Assembly (NCBI RefSeq): GCF_006345805.1 | Contig: NC_043004.1 | Span: 29,450,001 to 29,514,000 of the forward strand | Direction: 5' to 3' | Origin: Octopus sinensis | Lineage: Eukaryota | Length of the DNA stretch: 64,000 nt | Shown here: positions 25,196 through 38,089 of the stretch, piece by piece | Layout of the letters: each line of letters starts with the position of its first letter | Position numbering within the stretch: position 1 is the stretch's first letter | Position numbers and translations under genes: made by a program | The notes under the pieces: model-generated | Seen by the model: only the letters and a program-made list of their open reading frames with translations | Told to the model about the DNA's origin: nothing | Database searches by the model: none

Positions 25196-27732
25196 TATAT
25201 TGACATCTATAAAGAATCCACTATATATTTATCTTTTAATAGCTAGAGTTGTGGCTAAATAAGAAATCAGTATTAAAATGAAGAGTTCAAGAATCAGTTT
25301 CGGTTCTCAGTTGATTCTAGTTAACTTTCTTTACATTATTAAGAACTTTGAAAAAAGGCATGAACGTTAAACATTCTGATTCTCCCTTAAAATTTCATTA
25401 GGCTGAAGAAGATCTAAGTTTCTTGCAATATGCACGAGCTTTGCCTTGTTTACATTGAAGAGGATTCTGTTGATTCTATCATCTTCTGCATCAACTAATC
25501 GTGTAACCGGTTAAACAGAAATCAATATTTGTATATTTTAGTTCAAACGATGCTTGCCTTTATTCTAATTTCATTCCTTAGATTCTTGATTAACGATCAA
25601 ATACTACAGTCGCAACCGTTCAACCATCTTCCAGTTCGAAGGAAATGCCATTATGGTAATTCCTTTGTGGACATTCATGGCTGGCTAAATTAAAATATTG
25701 GTCCTTCATAGCTGGCCATAGTCTCCTCTTATCCAATCCACTTAATAGGCGCCACATTAAATGTGTAATTTGCTAATGTTCAATGTTAATATATCTTAAG
25801 TAGGTTTTGTGCTCTATTTCAATTACTCTTTTACATGACTGTTATCTTCAGCCTGACATCTTGATGAAAATTCTAAACTTCCACGAGAAACATAGTATAA
25901 CAGTACACAATACATATTAATATCGAAAATACCGCTTCTTTGTCATAAAAGCTTCTATTTATCTGTTTCTAATACTAATTCGTTCTTGCTTACGTGTCTT
26001 TCGCAACAAAGCTGCATTAAATGCGTCTTATTTATAACAAGCAGGAAGCATTACAATATGACTTAGAATTATTGTCATTCACTAATAAATTAAATTTAAC
26101 TATTTCACTTTAAATAAAAAATAAATCGTTTCAAACAAGGAATTACAATGTATCCTATCTTAAAATAAAAAAGAATATTTTTCATCTAAAAATTAAAATC
26201 AGTTCAATTATTTTATTATTAATCAGTGAACAATATCTGAAATATAATATTGTTTGACGATTAACATTAAATATGATGCCTTTAATCGCCCCACCGTCAA
26301 TAACTACGATATTATGACATACGATGTTGTCACATTTAATTAACTCGTCCCTCTTCGAAAACTGAATTTGTGTCTGTCAAAAAAATTCATCGGTATTAAA
26401 CTATATGGATGTAATTACCTTAGAATTGGTCAAATTTCGGATAACTCAGAGAACAAATAAACAAAGCTAATTTTTTTAAAGTATTTAACCCGGCGCCCAA
26501 TAACCAGCGCTCTCTAACATAAAGAGTGGAACCGATTGAATCGAGTCAATACATAACTGGTACATGAATAAAATAAAATAAATTCGTTGAAGATAAAAGT
26601 AGGTACTTTGAGGAATTTAGCAAAATACTTTCGGGTTCTAACACACGAATATAACCCAATACTAAAGATATAGAGCGGTGGGTCAAGAGCATTTCTTGGA
26701 GTGAGCCAAATTAGATGCTCAATTAATTCGTGTTACACCCATCATTAGATTACTGTAGGAAAATAATTAGCTTTAATGATTATTTCTGGTGACGAAGGGC
26801 ATGGAAGACAACTCTGAGATCTAAATTACTTAAACAATGCAATATATTGTGAGTTTTGTGGGGGGGGGGGGGTTAATGTACAGAAACAACTTAATGAAAT
26901 ATAGTGTTGCCAGTGCTGACAGATCTCAGATGACTGAGAGATATAATGACTTTATGTGAAAAACAGTCATTGTTTTAGCAATTTAAAATAATTACTGGGG
27001 GTAATTCGCCAGGGATGCCTACTCTCTGAAGATTATATAATTTAATGAGAATGAACACACTCGATGTGATAAATCAAAAACAATTTAATTAATGAAAAAT
27101 ATGCCCGTAATGAAAGGATAAATCATTAACGGTATATTTGCTAAGCGTCAAATCTGCAATCTCAGACTACAACTGGCCGTAGCTATTCCATATCTGGTTC
27201 TACAAAACATCTGTGAGAATGACAACATGACATAGAAGTACAGCTCAGTATTTAGGATTTCTCTTCAGAGATAATAAATATTTTACACCTAATCAGTTCT
27301 TGACCTTCTGTATGGCCATCATTAGAGTACTGACATGCCTGAGACGGCATTGCTACACAGGATATATAACCATCGAATAATGACCGACAATCTTGCTGAT
27401 TGGCAAAGATCCACTCAGCATTTAAATACAACCCTTGGTGCATAACATATTGTTTCCTGTTTTCTCTCTCTCTTTCTCTCTCTCTCCCTATATATATCCT
27501 CTTTCTCTTTTTCTATCTTTTTTCTCTATCTCTGCTTTAAATCTCTCTTCTTCTTCCTTATCCCTTCTTCTTCTCTCTGTAACATCTCTTCACTCTCTTC
27601 ATCTTCCTTTTCTCTCGTCTCTCTCTTTCTCTCTCTCTCCTCTCTCTCCTCCTATCTCTCTCTCTTCTCTTTACTCTTCATCATCCTTTCATTCTCACTC
27701 TCTCTCTGTCTCGCTCCTCATTCTCCCTCCTG

Positions 27733-27767
<35 letters not shown>

Positions 27768-28339
27768 GCTCTCACTCGTCTCCTAGCATCTCACTCATTA
27801 CTCTCTACTGCTACTGTAATAATCTCTGTTCATCTGAACAATCAAGCCGTGTCCCACTTCCACCGAAATAAATGATGCGCCCGGGTTTCTTCTATTTGTC
27901 ATCGTTACATTGTCTCACCTTCCCAATCTTGAACTGAGCCCTTCTACCGGTCTTTCCTCACCATGTATCCAGTCGTCTCTCAATTTCTCTCTACCCTCTC
28001 TCTTGCAACGTTTATTGAGAATTTCAAACTGAATATCAACTACCTTGATCTTGATTAAACCTGGAAAGGTTAAAGAAACCCAACCTTTATTATGAGTCTG
28101 CATAAATAAAGACTAAATACACAACGATTTCAATTATCTATTAAGCAATAAAAATCCACAGTTTTCAGCCATTATATAAAAAATCAATATACAAGACGTG
28201 TAAAGAGATTTAAATATTGCGATCTAGTTAACTATTAACTACTTCTGATAAACAATAAACAAAGATATAAATCGATAACAAAGTTAATTTAAACTATAAA
28301 TCATGAACATAATTGTATATATTCACAGTAGCACAAACC

Positions 28340-28780
28340 AACAGAATGCAGGGTAACAACAGAGTAAAGAGTAGCAACAAAATGTAGGATAGCAGCAAAA
28401 TGTTGGGTAGCAAAATAGGGTATAGTAACAACACAACGAAGGGCAACAACACAAAATAGGATAGGAACACAAAGTAAGAATAGCAATACAGAATAGGGCA
28501 ACAACACAATGTAGGATTGAAACACAGAACAGGACAGCAACACAATGTAAGACAGCAACATATAATAGGACAGCAACACAATGTTGGGTAGAAACACAGA
28601 ACAGGACAGCAACGCAATGTTGGGTAGAAACACAGAACAGGACAGTAACACATAATAGGACAGCAACATATAATAGGACAGCAACACAATATAGGGTAGC
28701 AACACTGAATAGGACAGCAACAGAACGTTGGGTAGAAACACAAAACAGGACAGAAACACAATGTACGGTAGAAACATAGT
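28340..28780. repeat. Minisatellite with 18-bp basic unit and 36-bp higher-order unit
   Basis: Repeated AACATATAATAGGACAGC and AACACAATGTTGGGTAGAAACACAGAACAGGACAGC variants. Confidence 0.85.
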
Positions 28781-29781
28781 ATGATAGCAACAGAGTGTAA
28801 GCTAAGAGCGGAGTCGACTAAATTGAGTCAGCACATGATTAGTACATTTCTTATCGGCCCCATGCAGATGAAGATCGGAATGAACTGCAGTAGGATTTGA
28901 AATCAAGCCCTAGTTGAGGGCTATGAAAACTTCAAAACGTCCTAAATTTCACATTCGCATCCTTGAGGAATCATTTCTCACTCAATATAATGAATATTTT
29001 TTATGGTCTAATCAAAAGAGAGGCAGCGCTCATGACAATGGCTCAGTGTCTGATGGAATTAGGGAAGGTATCCTCAAAACAGGCCGTGGCACATAAGCAT
29101 ACATTTGAGTTGGCTTCACTAAAGGCAACTCAACGTGCAGGTTTAGGTGTTTGAGTCCTCTCCTCAAGCAACAGAAATAGTCCCCACAACAGGATTTCAC
29201 AGTTTCTGACACCAGCTCCGACTTACAATGCTTTCTTCAAATCGTAAACTACGGGAGATGTCTGTTACCGAAGATGCCACACATGCGAGGCAAGCCTCTT
29301 AACCGCGCATCTCGTTGTTATGCCGTAAAAGTAAAACGTAAAAATAAAAAGCAAATCTTTCGTCCTTCTTAGAATGAAAAACTTTAAAATAACATTGTCA
29401 AAGAGAAAATATTACTTGAATGGGAAACAAAGACTTTTTAATAACATCTGATTGTTGTACTGAAGAACAACTTCTTGAGGAAAACCTCCATAGAAATAAG
29501 GAATATATTTATCTCTATTGTATATCAACACTCGTGTATATCCTCTCCGGTCGGTATTTATTCTAATGGATCCGATACATTTACTGAGTTCATAGCTGGA
29601 GGTCATTCATCTGACTGGTGTTATGCATGAAGAAATATCTTAGAAGAAACTACAATAGAAATACGGGCTGGAATATGTTGTATCTAGGAGAGAACCGTGA
29701 AAGAGCCTCTCGTTGTAGCAGGCTGCTAAGTTTTCCATGAAAAAAATTAAATGTACTTTTTTGCAATTGTTTGGTTGTTGC

Positions 29782-29814
<33 letters not shown>

Positions 29815-30278
29815 GTTGTGGTGGTGGTGGTGGTGGTGGTGGTGGTGGTGGTGGTGGTGTGGTGGTGGTGGTGGTGGTGTGGTTTCTATTTCAGGGCAAA
29901 CATATGATCAAGAAGTCATATGTTCTTGAAAAGAAAAGAATGGAGAATAGGTACCAACAGCTTTAGGCGATAGACCAAGAAATAATAAACAAAAGTAAAA
30001 GCAGAAAAAACTAAAAGATGTGCTTGAATGTATGTGGATATATGTATGTATATATGCATGTATGTGAAAAAAGAGTGGGTGAGAGTGACAGAAATCTGAT
30101 TATGATCTATAAATACTGGAAAAGCATTCTCACACGGTAATTGCTGACCTTCGACATTGTTATGCATGTATTTCATGATTTGCACAGCGCTTTCCAAAGG
30201 AAGAAAACTCTAAATATATTTATCAAACCAGGAACAATAATACTACACAATGATCTTAGCCAATGATGACGATGATAC

Positions 30279-30311
<33 letters not shown>

Positions 30312-30750
30312 CGACGACGACAATGACGATGACGATGATGATGATGATGATGATGATGACGCAAAAAAGTGATATCATTAGCTAGTGGACAGATAATGAA
30401 CGATGCAAGCCTCTAGATGCAGCAGAACGATAGGTTACAGGAAAGAGAAATGAGAGAGTGTCTTCAAAGAGTACAAGAGAAAGATTAGGAAAGTGATCCA
30501 AACAAAACTAGGTAATGTCATCAAGGTAATTAATAGGCAGGCGATATCAGTATTGAAACACTCTGCTCCTTTCATTTTTTTCAGTGAACAAAAATAAAGC
30601 TACAGGATCTAGGCAGCTGTCCACAGTGCACAATGCATACTATCCTAAAAGTAATATTGACAAGCTCTACTTACCAAGGAAAGGAGGCTGAGGTTTCTTA
30701 AATGCAGATACACCATCAGAAGATCGATACAACATTTGAAAAACCATATT

Positions 30751-30958
30751 TTATCTTTTACTTGTTTCAGCCATCAGATTGCGGCCATACTGGGGCACTG
30801 CCTTGAAACTTTTAGTTGAATGAATCGACCCCAGTACTTTTATTTAAACTGTGACTTATTCTATCGGTTTCCTTTGTCAAACCGTTAAGCTACGAGGCTA
30901 CAAGTACACCAACACCAGTTGTCAAGCGGTGGGTGAAGGACAAATGCAAACACATTTA
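30751..30958 (-). mobile_element. SINE family II, 3' half
   Basis: Matches 1200-1390 (CTTTTACTTGTTTCAG..TCGACCCCAG..GTTGTCAAGCG). Confidence 0.8.
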
Positions 30959-31082
30959 TCGTGTATATAAATATGAAAAAAGCCCTCGCTTGAGACAAAA
31001 AGCAGTAAAACACCTTAGTCAGCTTAAAGCACCCTCCATCGGGTTGATTCATTGGTATCTCAATCTGATTTTGCTTTCATAG

Positions 31083-31764
31083 CACTAAATACCAAAGAGA
31101 ACTATCAAAAATGCTGGCTGATGGCGCACATGAGCTGACAGGCCGTAGTAAATTCACTTATTTATTTATGCCTAGCGACTTTAAACCGAGATTGTTGTTT
31201 TAAATCAGTGTCTGTTGATGAATATTATGAAGAAGATATGGGAGATTCCTTAACAACAGATTTAGAAGCTTACTTCAGAGATTACTTAAAAATAGGGAAG
31301 CTAAGTTATATGATACGATAAGCAATAACATTCCAAAAGACTCAGTTAAATCATATTTGCTATAATTCAGAATCACCATATTTTAAATATAGTGTCAAAG
31401 CTTTTTTATACGTTGATAGTGTTTCTAAAGAATCTCTTCATTTGGCTATTATTAGAAAATATTATAAATTGATTGTTTTGATAAAATACCTTTTGGTTTG
31501 GTAGCTGTTTTTCATAGAATAATTTATTACGTAATTACAGCTAACCATCTAAATGTAATGTTTGCTTATACTAATGATGATGTTGTACGTGAAGCAAGTC
31601 TAGAAGAGCATAACAATTTAGATAAGTTTAATGAGGTTATCAAAGACTACCTGTTTTTCTGTAAATGCGAATATAACATGCAGGATATTCATTTTTCTGA
31701 GAAACAAAATTTTTATGGAAATCTAAAACCGCAGCAAGAAAGATTAGTGACATTAAAGAAATAA
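31083..31764 (+). pseudogene. Unidentified disrupted coding-like segment of about 225 codons
   Basis: Protein-like reading can be followed across a frameshift near 31200, a TAA at 31319-31321 and a frameshift near 31470. It starts after a splice-acceptor-like TTTTGCTTTCATAG. No family recognised. Confidence 0.35.
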
Positions 31765-33066
31765 CAATAATAACCAAATGATATTTTATCAAAAGGAGAA
31801 GAGCACTGGCCTTGGCAGTAGCTGGACGTGTTCTTCGCTGCGCTGACCAGTCAGTAGCCGAAGAAACAGAAACACTGAAAAATAGCTTTTAAAAACCGGA
31901 ACATCTACAATCTCCTGTGAGTATTTTTAAATTTCTCCCCAAAACAAGGTGAGAAACTTACCTCCATTTTTCTCTGGACGAACGTAGAAACGATTATCTT
32001 TACATGTTTGGACATACAAACGATCATCTTTAGAAAATTTTAAAAATTTAATATTACAATTTTCTGTTAAAATTTTACCCTTCTTTTTTCCCTGACTACT
32101 CGAATATGTGAACATACCTTTAATTGCAACAAATTAAACGCACGATAAAAATTAAGGAGATAAGTACCTGCCAATATATACAAACTGCACAATTATGAAA
32201 ACTGTAAACCACAGCAGAGACTATAAAAAAATGGAAAATTCAAAAAAATCCAAAAATTCAAAAGTTTAACGATGTAAACGTCAGAATATGTATATTATTA
32301 TATTTAACAGTAATTAAAAGCAGAACACGGTGAATTGGCTCTCTCCAAGGCCAAGGTCAGCGCTCTCATTGATCGATAGTAGTAGTAAGCACATTTGACC
32401 TCTGCTAACCACGGAGGTGTGACGCTTCTTTTTTCCCCTGATCGCACGGGATGCGAAGTCCCATTGTTGATCTCCTTCTCACCATCTGCCGAACCTATTT
32501 ACAGACCTGTGGAATTTAGTCAATTCACCAAGCTGCTTCTCTTTCTCCTACTATCGGGCAGAAATTCAAAAAATAGTGTTCATGGGAATTGCCCACATTC
32601 TATGTAAAATACTATTTATATAACCTCAAATTTTAAAACAAGTTTATAATTTTCTTATGTTTTTTTAAACATTCTCTAGAACAATACTATGTGCAAAACC
32701 AAACATATGACACCCTAGCCATAATACCAACTTGAACTTCTAACTTGCTGTCTCTTGAAGTCTCTAGGTGATACTTGAAATCATCTTGTACAAAGACAAA
32801 GCAAAAGTCAAGCAAAGAAGAAGAACAACAACAAGAAGAACAAGAAGAAGAACAACAACAACAACAACAAATCTGCATGAGGTGTCAAAATACTGTTTTA
32901 ACTGGTACGTGACACGTATTGAGAAAAGTAATGTCGCTGTGGTTTTTTCCCTTTATTGCTCTTTTCGTTTCTTTTTTCTATTTTTCTTTTCTTTTTTTAT
33001 TTCTTTCTTTTTTCTCTTTTTTCAGTTTATTTTAATTGTTTTTATATCACATAACTTGACGTTGTA

Positions 33067-33190
33067 AATGAACAACCTGATGTGTTTATTTTAACGGCCT
33101 ACCAACGTATACAGTGAGTTTCTTTGCCCTAAGTGTCAGGAAAACACTCAGCAAGAAGTGGAAACAAAATTGATAGAAGAAAAAAAAAAA
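33067..33190 (+). mobile_element. Isolated 3' UTR of family-1 R4/Dong LINE followed by (AAT)n
   Basis: GGCCTACCAACGTATACAGTGAGTTTCTTTGCCCTAAG..ACACTCAGCAAGAAGTGG matches 11081-11160. Confidence 0.85.
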
Positions 33191-33191
33191 A

Positions 33192-33244
<53 letters not shown>

Positions 33245-33324
33245 CAACAATAATAACAAAAATAACAACAACAACAATATTAATAATAGAATGCCCTAGA
33301 CTTGCCCAAAACCACTACAAGTTG

Positions 33325-33960
33325 TGGTGATACGACTAGGTAGCGAAAGTGCTACATTGAAAAATGTGCGAGAATTGGTAGCTAGAGAGAGGCAAGACGT
33401 GGCATGAGCACAAACCGCAGAGAGTGGTAGAGTCGGAGATTGGCAAAAATTCTTTGAGATTTTCCAATCCAAACAGATCAGGTGCTAGAACATTACAGGC
33501 TGGACCTAGTGGTGGACAAGGTGGACCACATATGCTATATAGTTCATGTAGCATGCTCCTTGACCCACGAATAGTCAAGAAGGAAGGCGAAAAGATAGAT
33601 AGATACAACCTTCTTAAGTACGAGAAGTCGGCGATGGAAAATAAAGAATGTGAAGATAGTGCCAATTATTGTTGGGTCCTTGGGAACAGTATGAGAAGGC
33701 ATCAAGAGGAATATAAAGGAAAATGGAATTGAGTACCCAGTAGAACTGTTACAAAGGTGGCATCAAGAGGAATATAAAGGAAAATGGAATTGAGTACCCA
33801 GTAGAACTGTTACAAAAGGTCTGCCTCCTTGACAAGGCCAGAATAATCAGGAAAGTATTAGATATCTCAAAACAACGAATAGCATGGTACTGTAGGCTGC
33901 AGGTTGTAAGCTCGCTACGCATGCAAGACTCCAGGAGCTCCAACGAAACCTGTGATAAAG
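33325..33960 (+). mobile_element. R4/Dong-type LINE 3' fragment with internal tandem duplication of about 60 bp
   Basis: KTWHEHKPQRVVESE, KIVPIIVGSLG and LLQKVCLLDKARIIRKVL. AGGCATCAAGAGG..CTGTTACAAA is repeated at about 33696 and 33757. Confidence 0.75.
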
Positions 33961-33978
33961 AGAAAATAATAATTATTA

Positions 33979-34435
33979 TTTCTACTGTAGTCACAAGGCC
34001 TTGAAAAGTTGGGGGAAAGGAGGCTAGTCGATTACAGCGCATAACTGGTATTTATTTCATCGACCCCTAAAGGGAATTTGAACACAGAACGTAGAGCCAG
34101 ACGAAATACCTATTTCTTTACTACCCACAAGAGGCTAAACACAGAGAGGACAAACAAGGACAGACAAACGGATTAAGTCGATTACATCAACCCCAGTGCG
34201 TAACTGGTACTTATTTCATCGACCCCGAAAGGATGAAAAGCAAAGTCGACCTCGGCGGAATTTGAACTCAGAACGTAACTGCAGACGAAATACTGGAAAG
34301 CATTTCGCCCAGCGCGCTAACGTTTCTACAATTACGCCGCTTATTACGCTGCAATTACGCTGCAATTACGCCGCAGACAAAATACCGCTAAGCATTTCGC
34401 CCGGTGTACTAACGATTCTGCCACCTCACCGCCTC
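33979..34435 (-). mobile_element. Nested SINEs: a family I copy (about 34110-34340) inside a related SINE
   Basis: Two heads and two tails; CAGACGAAATAC/CAGACAAAATAC is repeated around the inner copy. Confidence 0.75.
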
Positions 34436-34650
34436 AATAATAATAATAATAATAATAATAATAAGAAGAAGAATAAGAAGAAGAAAGAAGAAGAAGAAGA
34501 AGAAAAGATAAGAATAAGAAATAGAAGAAAGAAGAAGAAGAAGAAGAAGAAGAAGAAGAAAAGAAGAAGAAGAAGAGAAGAAAGAGAAGAAGAAGAAGAA
34601 GAAGAAGAAGAAGAAGAAAGAAGAAGAAGAAGAAGAAGAAGAAGAAGAAG
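34436..34650. repeat. (AAT)n followed by imperfect (GAA)n
   Basis: Seen directly in the sequence. Confidence 0.95.
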
Positions 34651-35470
34651 AGCCCGCACTGAATAACAACATGGATGTACTAAACCGGGCTCTCCATTCA
34701 AAAACAAATCTAATCCAATAAAATCGAAAAAACGAAATTTTACTGCCATGCAAAGTACAGTTTCTCCTATGTACGTTGTCTCAATGAAACATGTGCGAAA
34801 CACACACGCGATATCAACACCAGAAAGTTTACAAATTATAAAATAGAAACGGACCGAAATAGTGAGAACATAAATTGAGTAATTACGCATACACTCGAAT
34901 GTCTACACAAGCATATATACATTTTGATACCCATAGGATTACATATACATCCCAAAGTTTTACACAACTACGTGAAACTTACAGGACACACACTCACGCA
35001 CATGAAAGCATGTGCACAAACCATGCAAAAACAAAACCAACTTTCTTTTTTTCTTCTAATTATATTTTCCTTTTTTCGAACTAACACAGACAGAGTAAAC
35101 CTTTCATAAGTTTAAAAAACACCACAAAAAAAACTATGTTCGTAGATAAATCTATCAACAAAAAATACAGACGAATACAGATCTCCTAGCCTTAAGAAGC
35201 TATGCCACGAACAATGTTTACATGCAGAGAACACGGAGACGGTGTTGTCGCAAAAAATTAACCCTAAACAGACAGATCTTTCTTTTCTTCTTATTTTATT
35301 TTCTTCTTTTAATTTTGACTCTATATCTTCAGGAGGAGTTACCTCAATCCTTTATATATTAACCAAAATGAAGTAGATTGACAAAATTATTTTTTGAACC
35401 AGTTGAAGACACACGAGATGTCGAAATATCGTTCACTAGATAACAATGGCACTCTTCTTTTAATTTTGAC

Positions 35471-35535
<65 letters not shown>

Positions 35536-35579
35536 TAATAATTGACTTTTTCGATGTTTTTCTAATTTTACAAGCGTAA

Positions 35580-37163
35580 GTGCAGAGGTACCAAGGATCA
35601 ACTCCTAGTAGACAAAGCTGTACTTAGAGACTGCAAGAGGAGGAAAAGTAACTTAGCCATGTCATGGATCGGCTATCATAAGACGTACGATATGATCCCA
35701 CATTCTTGGATTATGGAGTGCATGAACCTATTTGGTATTGCATCGAATGTTGAGCGATTGCTTGGAAAAAGTATGGCAAATTGGAGGACGGACCTGACAG
35801 CAAACGGAAGAAGTTTAGGGACAGTAGAAATTAGGAGGGGCATGTTCCAAGGAGATTGCTTGTCCCCACTGATCTTTGTACTGTGCTTGATACCACTAAC
35901 ACTGATTCTGAGGAAAGCAAAAGCTGGCTATGTATTCAAAAGCCGCCAACTAAACATCAACCATTTGTTATTCATGGATGACCTCAAACTTTATGGTAAA
36001 GATAAAGCCCAAGACAGTTCCCTCGTTGATACGGTATATACTTTCAGTGCTGATATCAGAATGCAGTTCGGACTGAAAAAGTGTGGTGTGTTAGTCTTGA
36101 AGAGAGGCAAAATCAAATATATGGACGGGCAAGTGATACCGTTAGGGGATGTTATGAAGCAGATAGAAGAGACAGGCTATAAGTACTTGACGATATTGGA
36201 AAAGGATAAATTGATGGAGAAAGAAATGTAAGAAAAATTTAAGGCGGAGTACTTGCGCAGACTGAGACTGATCCTTAAGTCGAAATTAAACGGACGGAAT
36301 AAGATTGAAGCTATCAACACCTGGGCGGTTTCACTCCTTAGATATAGAGCAGGATAATCGCATGGACAGTAGACAAATTAAACAGCTTATATAGAAAGAC
36401 AAGGAAGTTGCTGACAATATATGGGATACTCCACCCAAAAAGTGACACAGACAGACTATATGTACAAAGAAAAAGAGGAGCAAGAGGACTGATTGGATGC
36501 GAACACAGCATTAGAGCAGAAGAAAACAACATAGCATGGTATGTAAAAAAAAACATTATTGGAAGTAAGAAGGTTAGGTTTGTGTAGGATGGAAAATTGC
36601 AAAGATAAGGTACTGAACAAGAACTTGAGAATGAATGAAACTGAAAATAGGTAGATAAAGAAAAGAATGCATGGACAATTTCATAGGGATTTTGAAGATG
36701 AGACAGACAGAAAAAAGATGGCTATGGATGACTAAAAGTGATTTAAAACCGGAAATGGAGGATCTAATCTGTGGTACTCAAGAACAAGCATTAAGAACAA
36801 GTTGCATCAAATACAGAATAGACAACACATCAGAAAGTGATAAGTGCAGAATAATTGGTAAGTGGACAAAATGGTGAAACCGTATGGCATATTAGCAGTC
36901 AATGTACGCCACTAGCCCAGGAAGAACATAAGAGACATCTGTGCATTGGACACTTTGTAACATGTATGGACTTGGCAAAAAATTGGTACGAACATAAACC
37001 CAAAGGCTTCATCGAAAATGATAATGCAAAGATCCTATGGGATTTTATCATTCAGTGCGACTATGAGATAGAGAATAGGAAACTAGACATAGCCTTAATT
37101 GGGAAAGAAAACAGACGATGCTGGATCATAGATATGGCATGCCTAGCGGACAAGGTGTGTGAT

Positions 37164-37195
<32 letters not shown>

Positions 37196-37490
37196 AAGAA
37201 AGATACATATAACAGGTTAGCTTAGGAGGTTAAGCAGTTGTGGTTGCTGAAAATGGTAGCAGTAGTACCAATAATTTTCGGAGCCCTAGGAACATTGAGT
37301 AGAATCTTAAAAAGTACATGGAACAAATAGGGGCTGCAATAAAGGTGGAGCACTTGCAGAAAACAGCACTGCTTGGAACCGCTCGAATACTCCGGGTGGT
37401 GCTCGAAAAATAAGGGATGTTACCTTAGTTCACTGCTAATGAACAGTTGACACTGTAGTACATCTCCAGCGTTAGAAGCTGTGCAGAGAC
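35580..37490 (+). mobile_element. 5'-truncated, internally deleted R4/Dong-clade LINE, family 3
   Basis: [59 protein letters not shown]. (AAT)n upstream at 35473-35540 and (AAT/AAC)n downstream. Confidence 0.9.
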
Positions 37491-37607
37491 AATAAAATAA
37501 TAATAACAACAACAATAACAATAATATATCAACAACAACAACAATAACAACAACAACAACAATAACAACAACAACAACAACAACAACAATAATAATAATA
37601 ATAATTA

Positions 37608-37675
<68 letters not shown>

Positions 37676-37676
<1 letters not shown>

Positions 37677-38070
37677 GCTCTGATGTAGTTCCATGCAGTG
37701 ACTCTCATGGCTTGTGATCTTAACTGATTGTCTTGATATAAACGATGGGCTACAGCAAATATTCTGCTCAATGCCACAGATTTGCTTGTCAGTTGTTTGA
37801 CCTTAACCATTTGTCCCTTAGTGGCTGACGATATGTGCATCTCTGATCACAAGCAGAATTAGTGGGGTGGGGGCATTATAGCAATGTGTTGAGAGGAATT
37901 CTTTGGAGTTAGAATAATTCACCTTTGGAAACATGGGTGTTTTGTTCAAATCCTCAAACAACCCTTATTCATGGGCCATTTGAGCGGGATGGGCTACTCG
38001 ACTTCAAGAAAATTTTAACTGCACCCCACCTGCAAGGTCACGCGCTGTTTATGTTGATATAAGATCATCA
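37676..38070 (-). mobile_element. Unclassified interspersed repeat with probable (AAT)n tail
   Basis: The (ATT)n tract at 37605-37675 is opposite in orientation to the LINE tail, suggesting it is the tail of a minus-strand retroposon. Classification rests on recognition only. Confidence 0.35.
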
Positions 38071-38089
38071 TGTCTAACTGATCTTCTTC

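Noticed and set aside
28340-28780. CRISPR-like appearance of regularly spaced repeats
   Set aside because: The units are contiguous degenerate tandem repeats without unique spacers, the context is eukaryotic, and there are no cas genes.
32690-32800. Possible minus-strand micro-exon (DFKYHLETSRDSKLEVQV) and GTGAGT donor-like sites near 31920
   Set aside because: Splice signals are weak, and no partner exons or recognisable protein were found.
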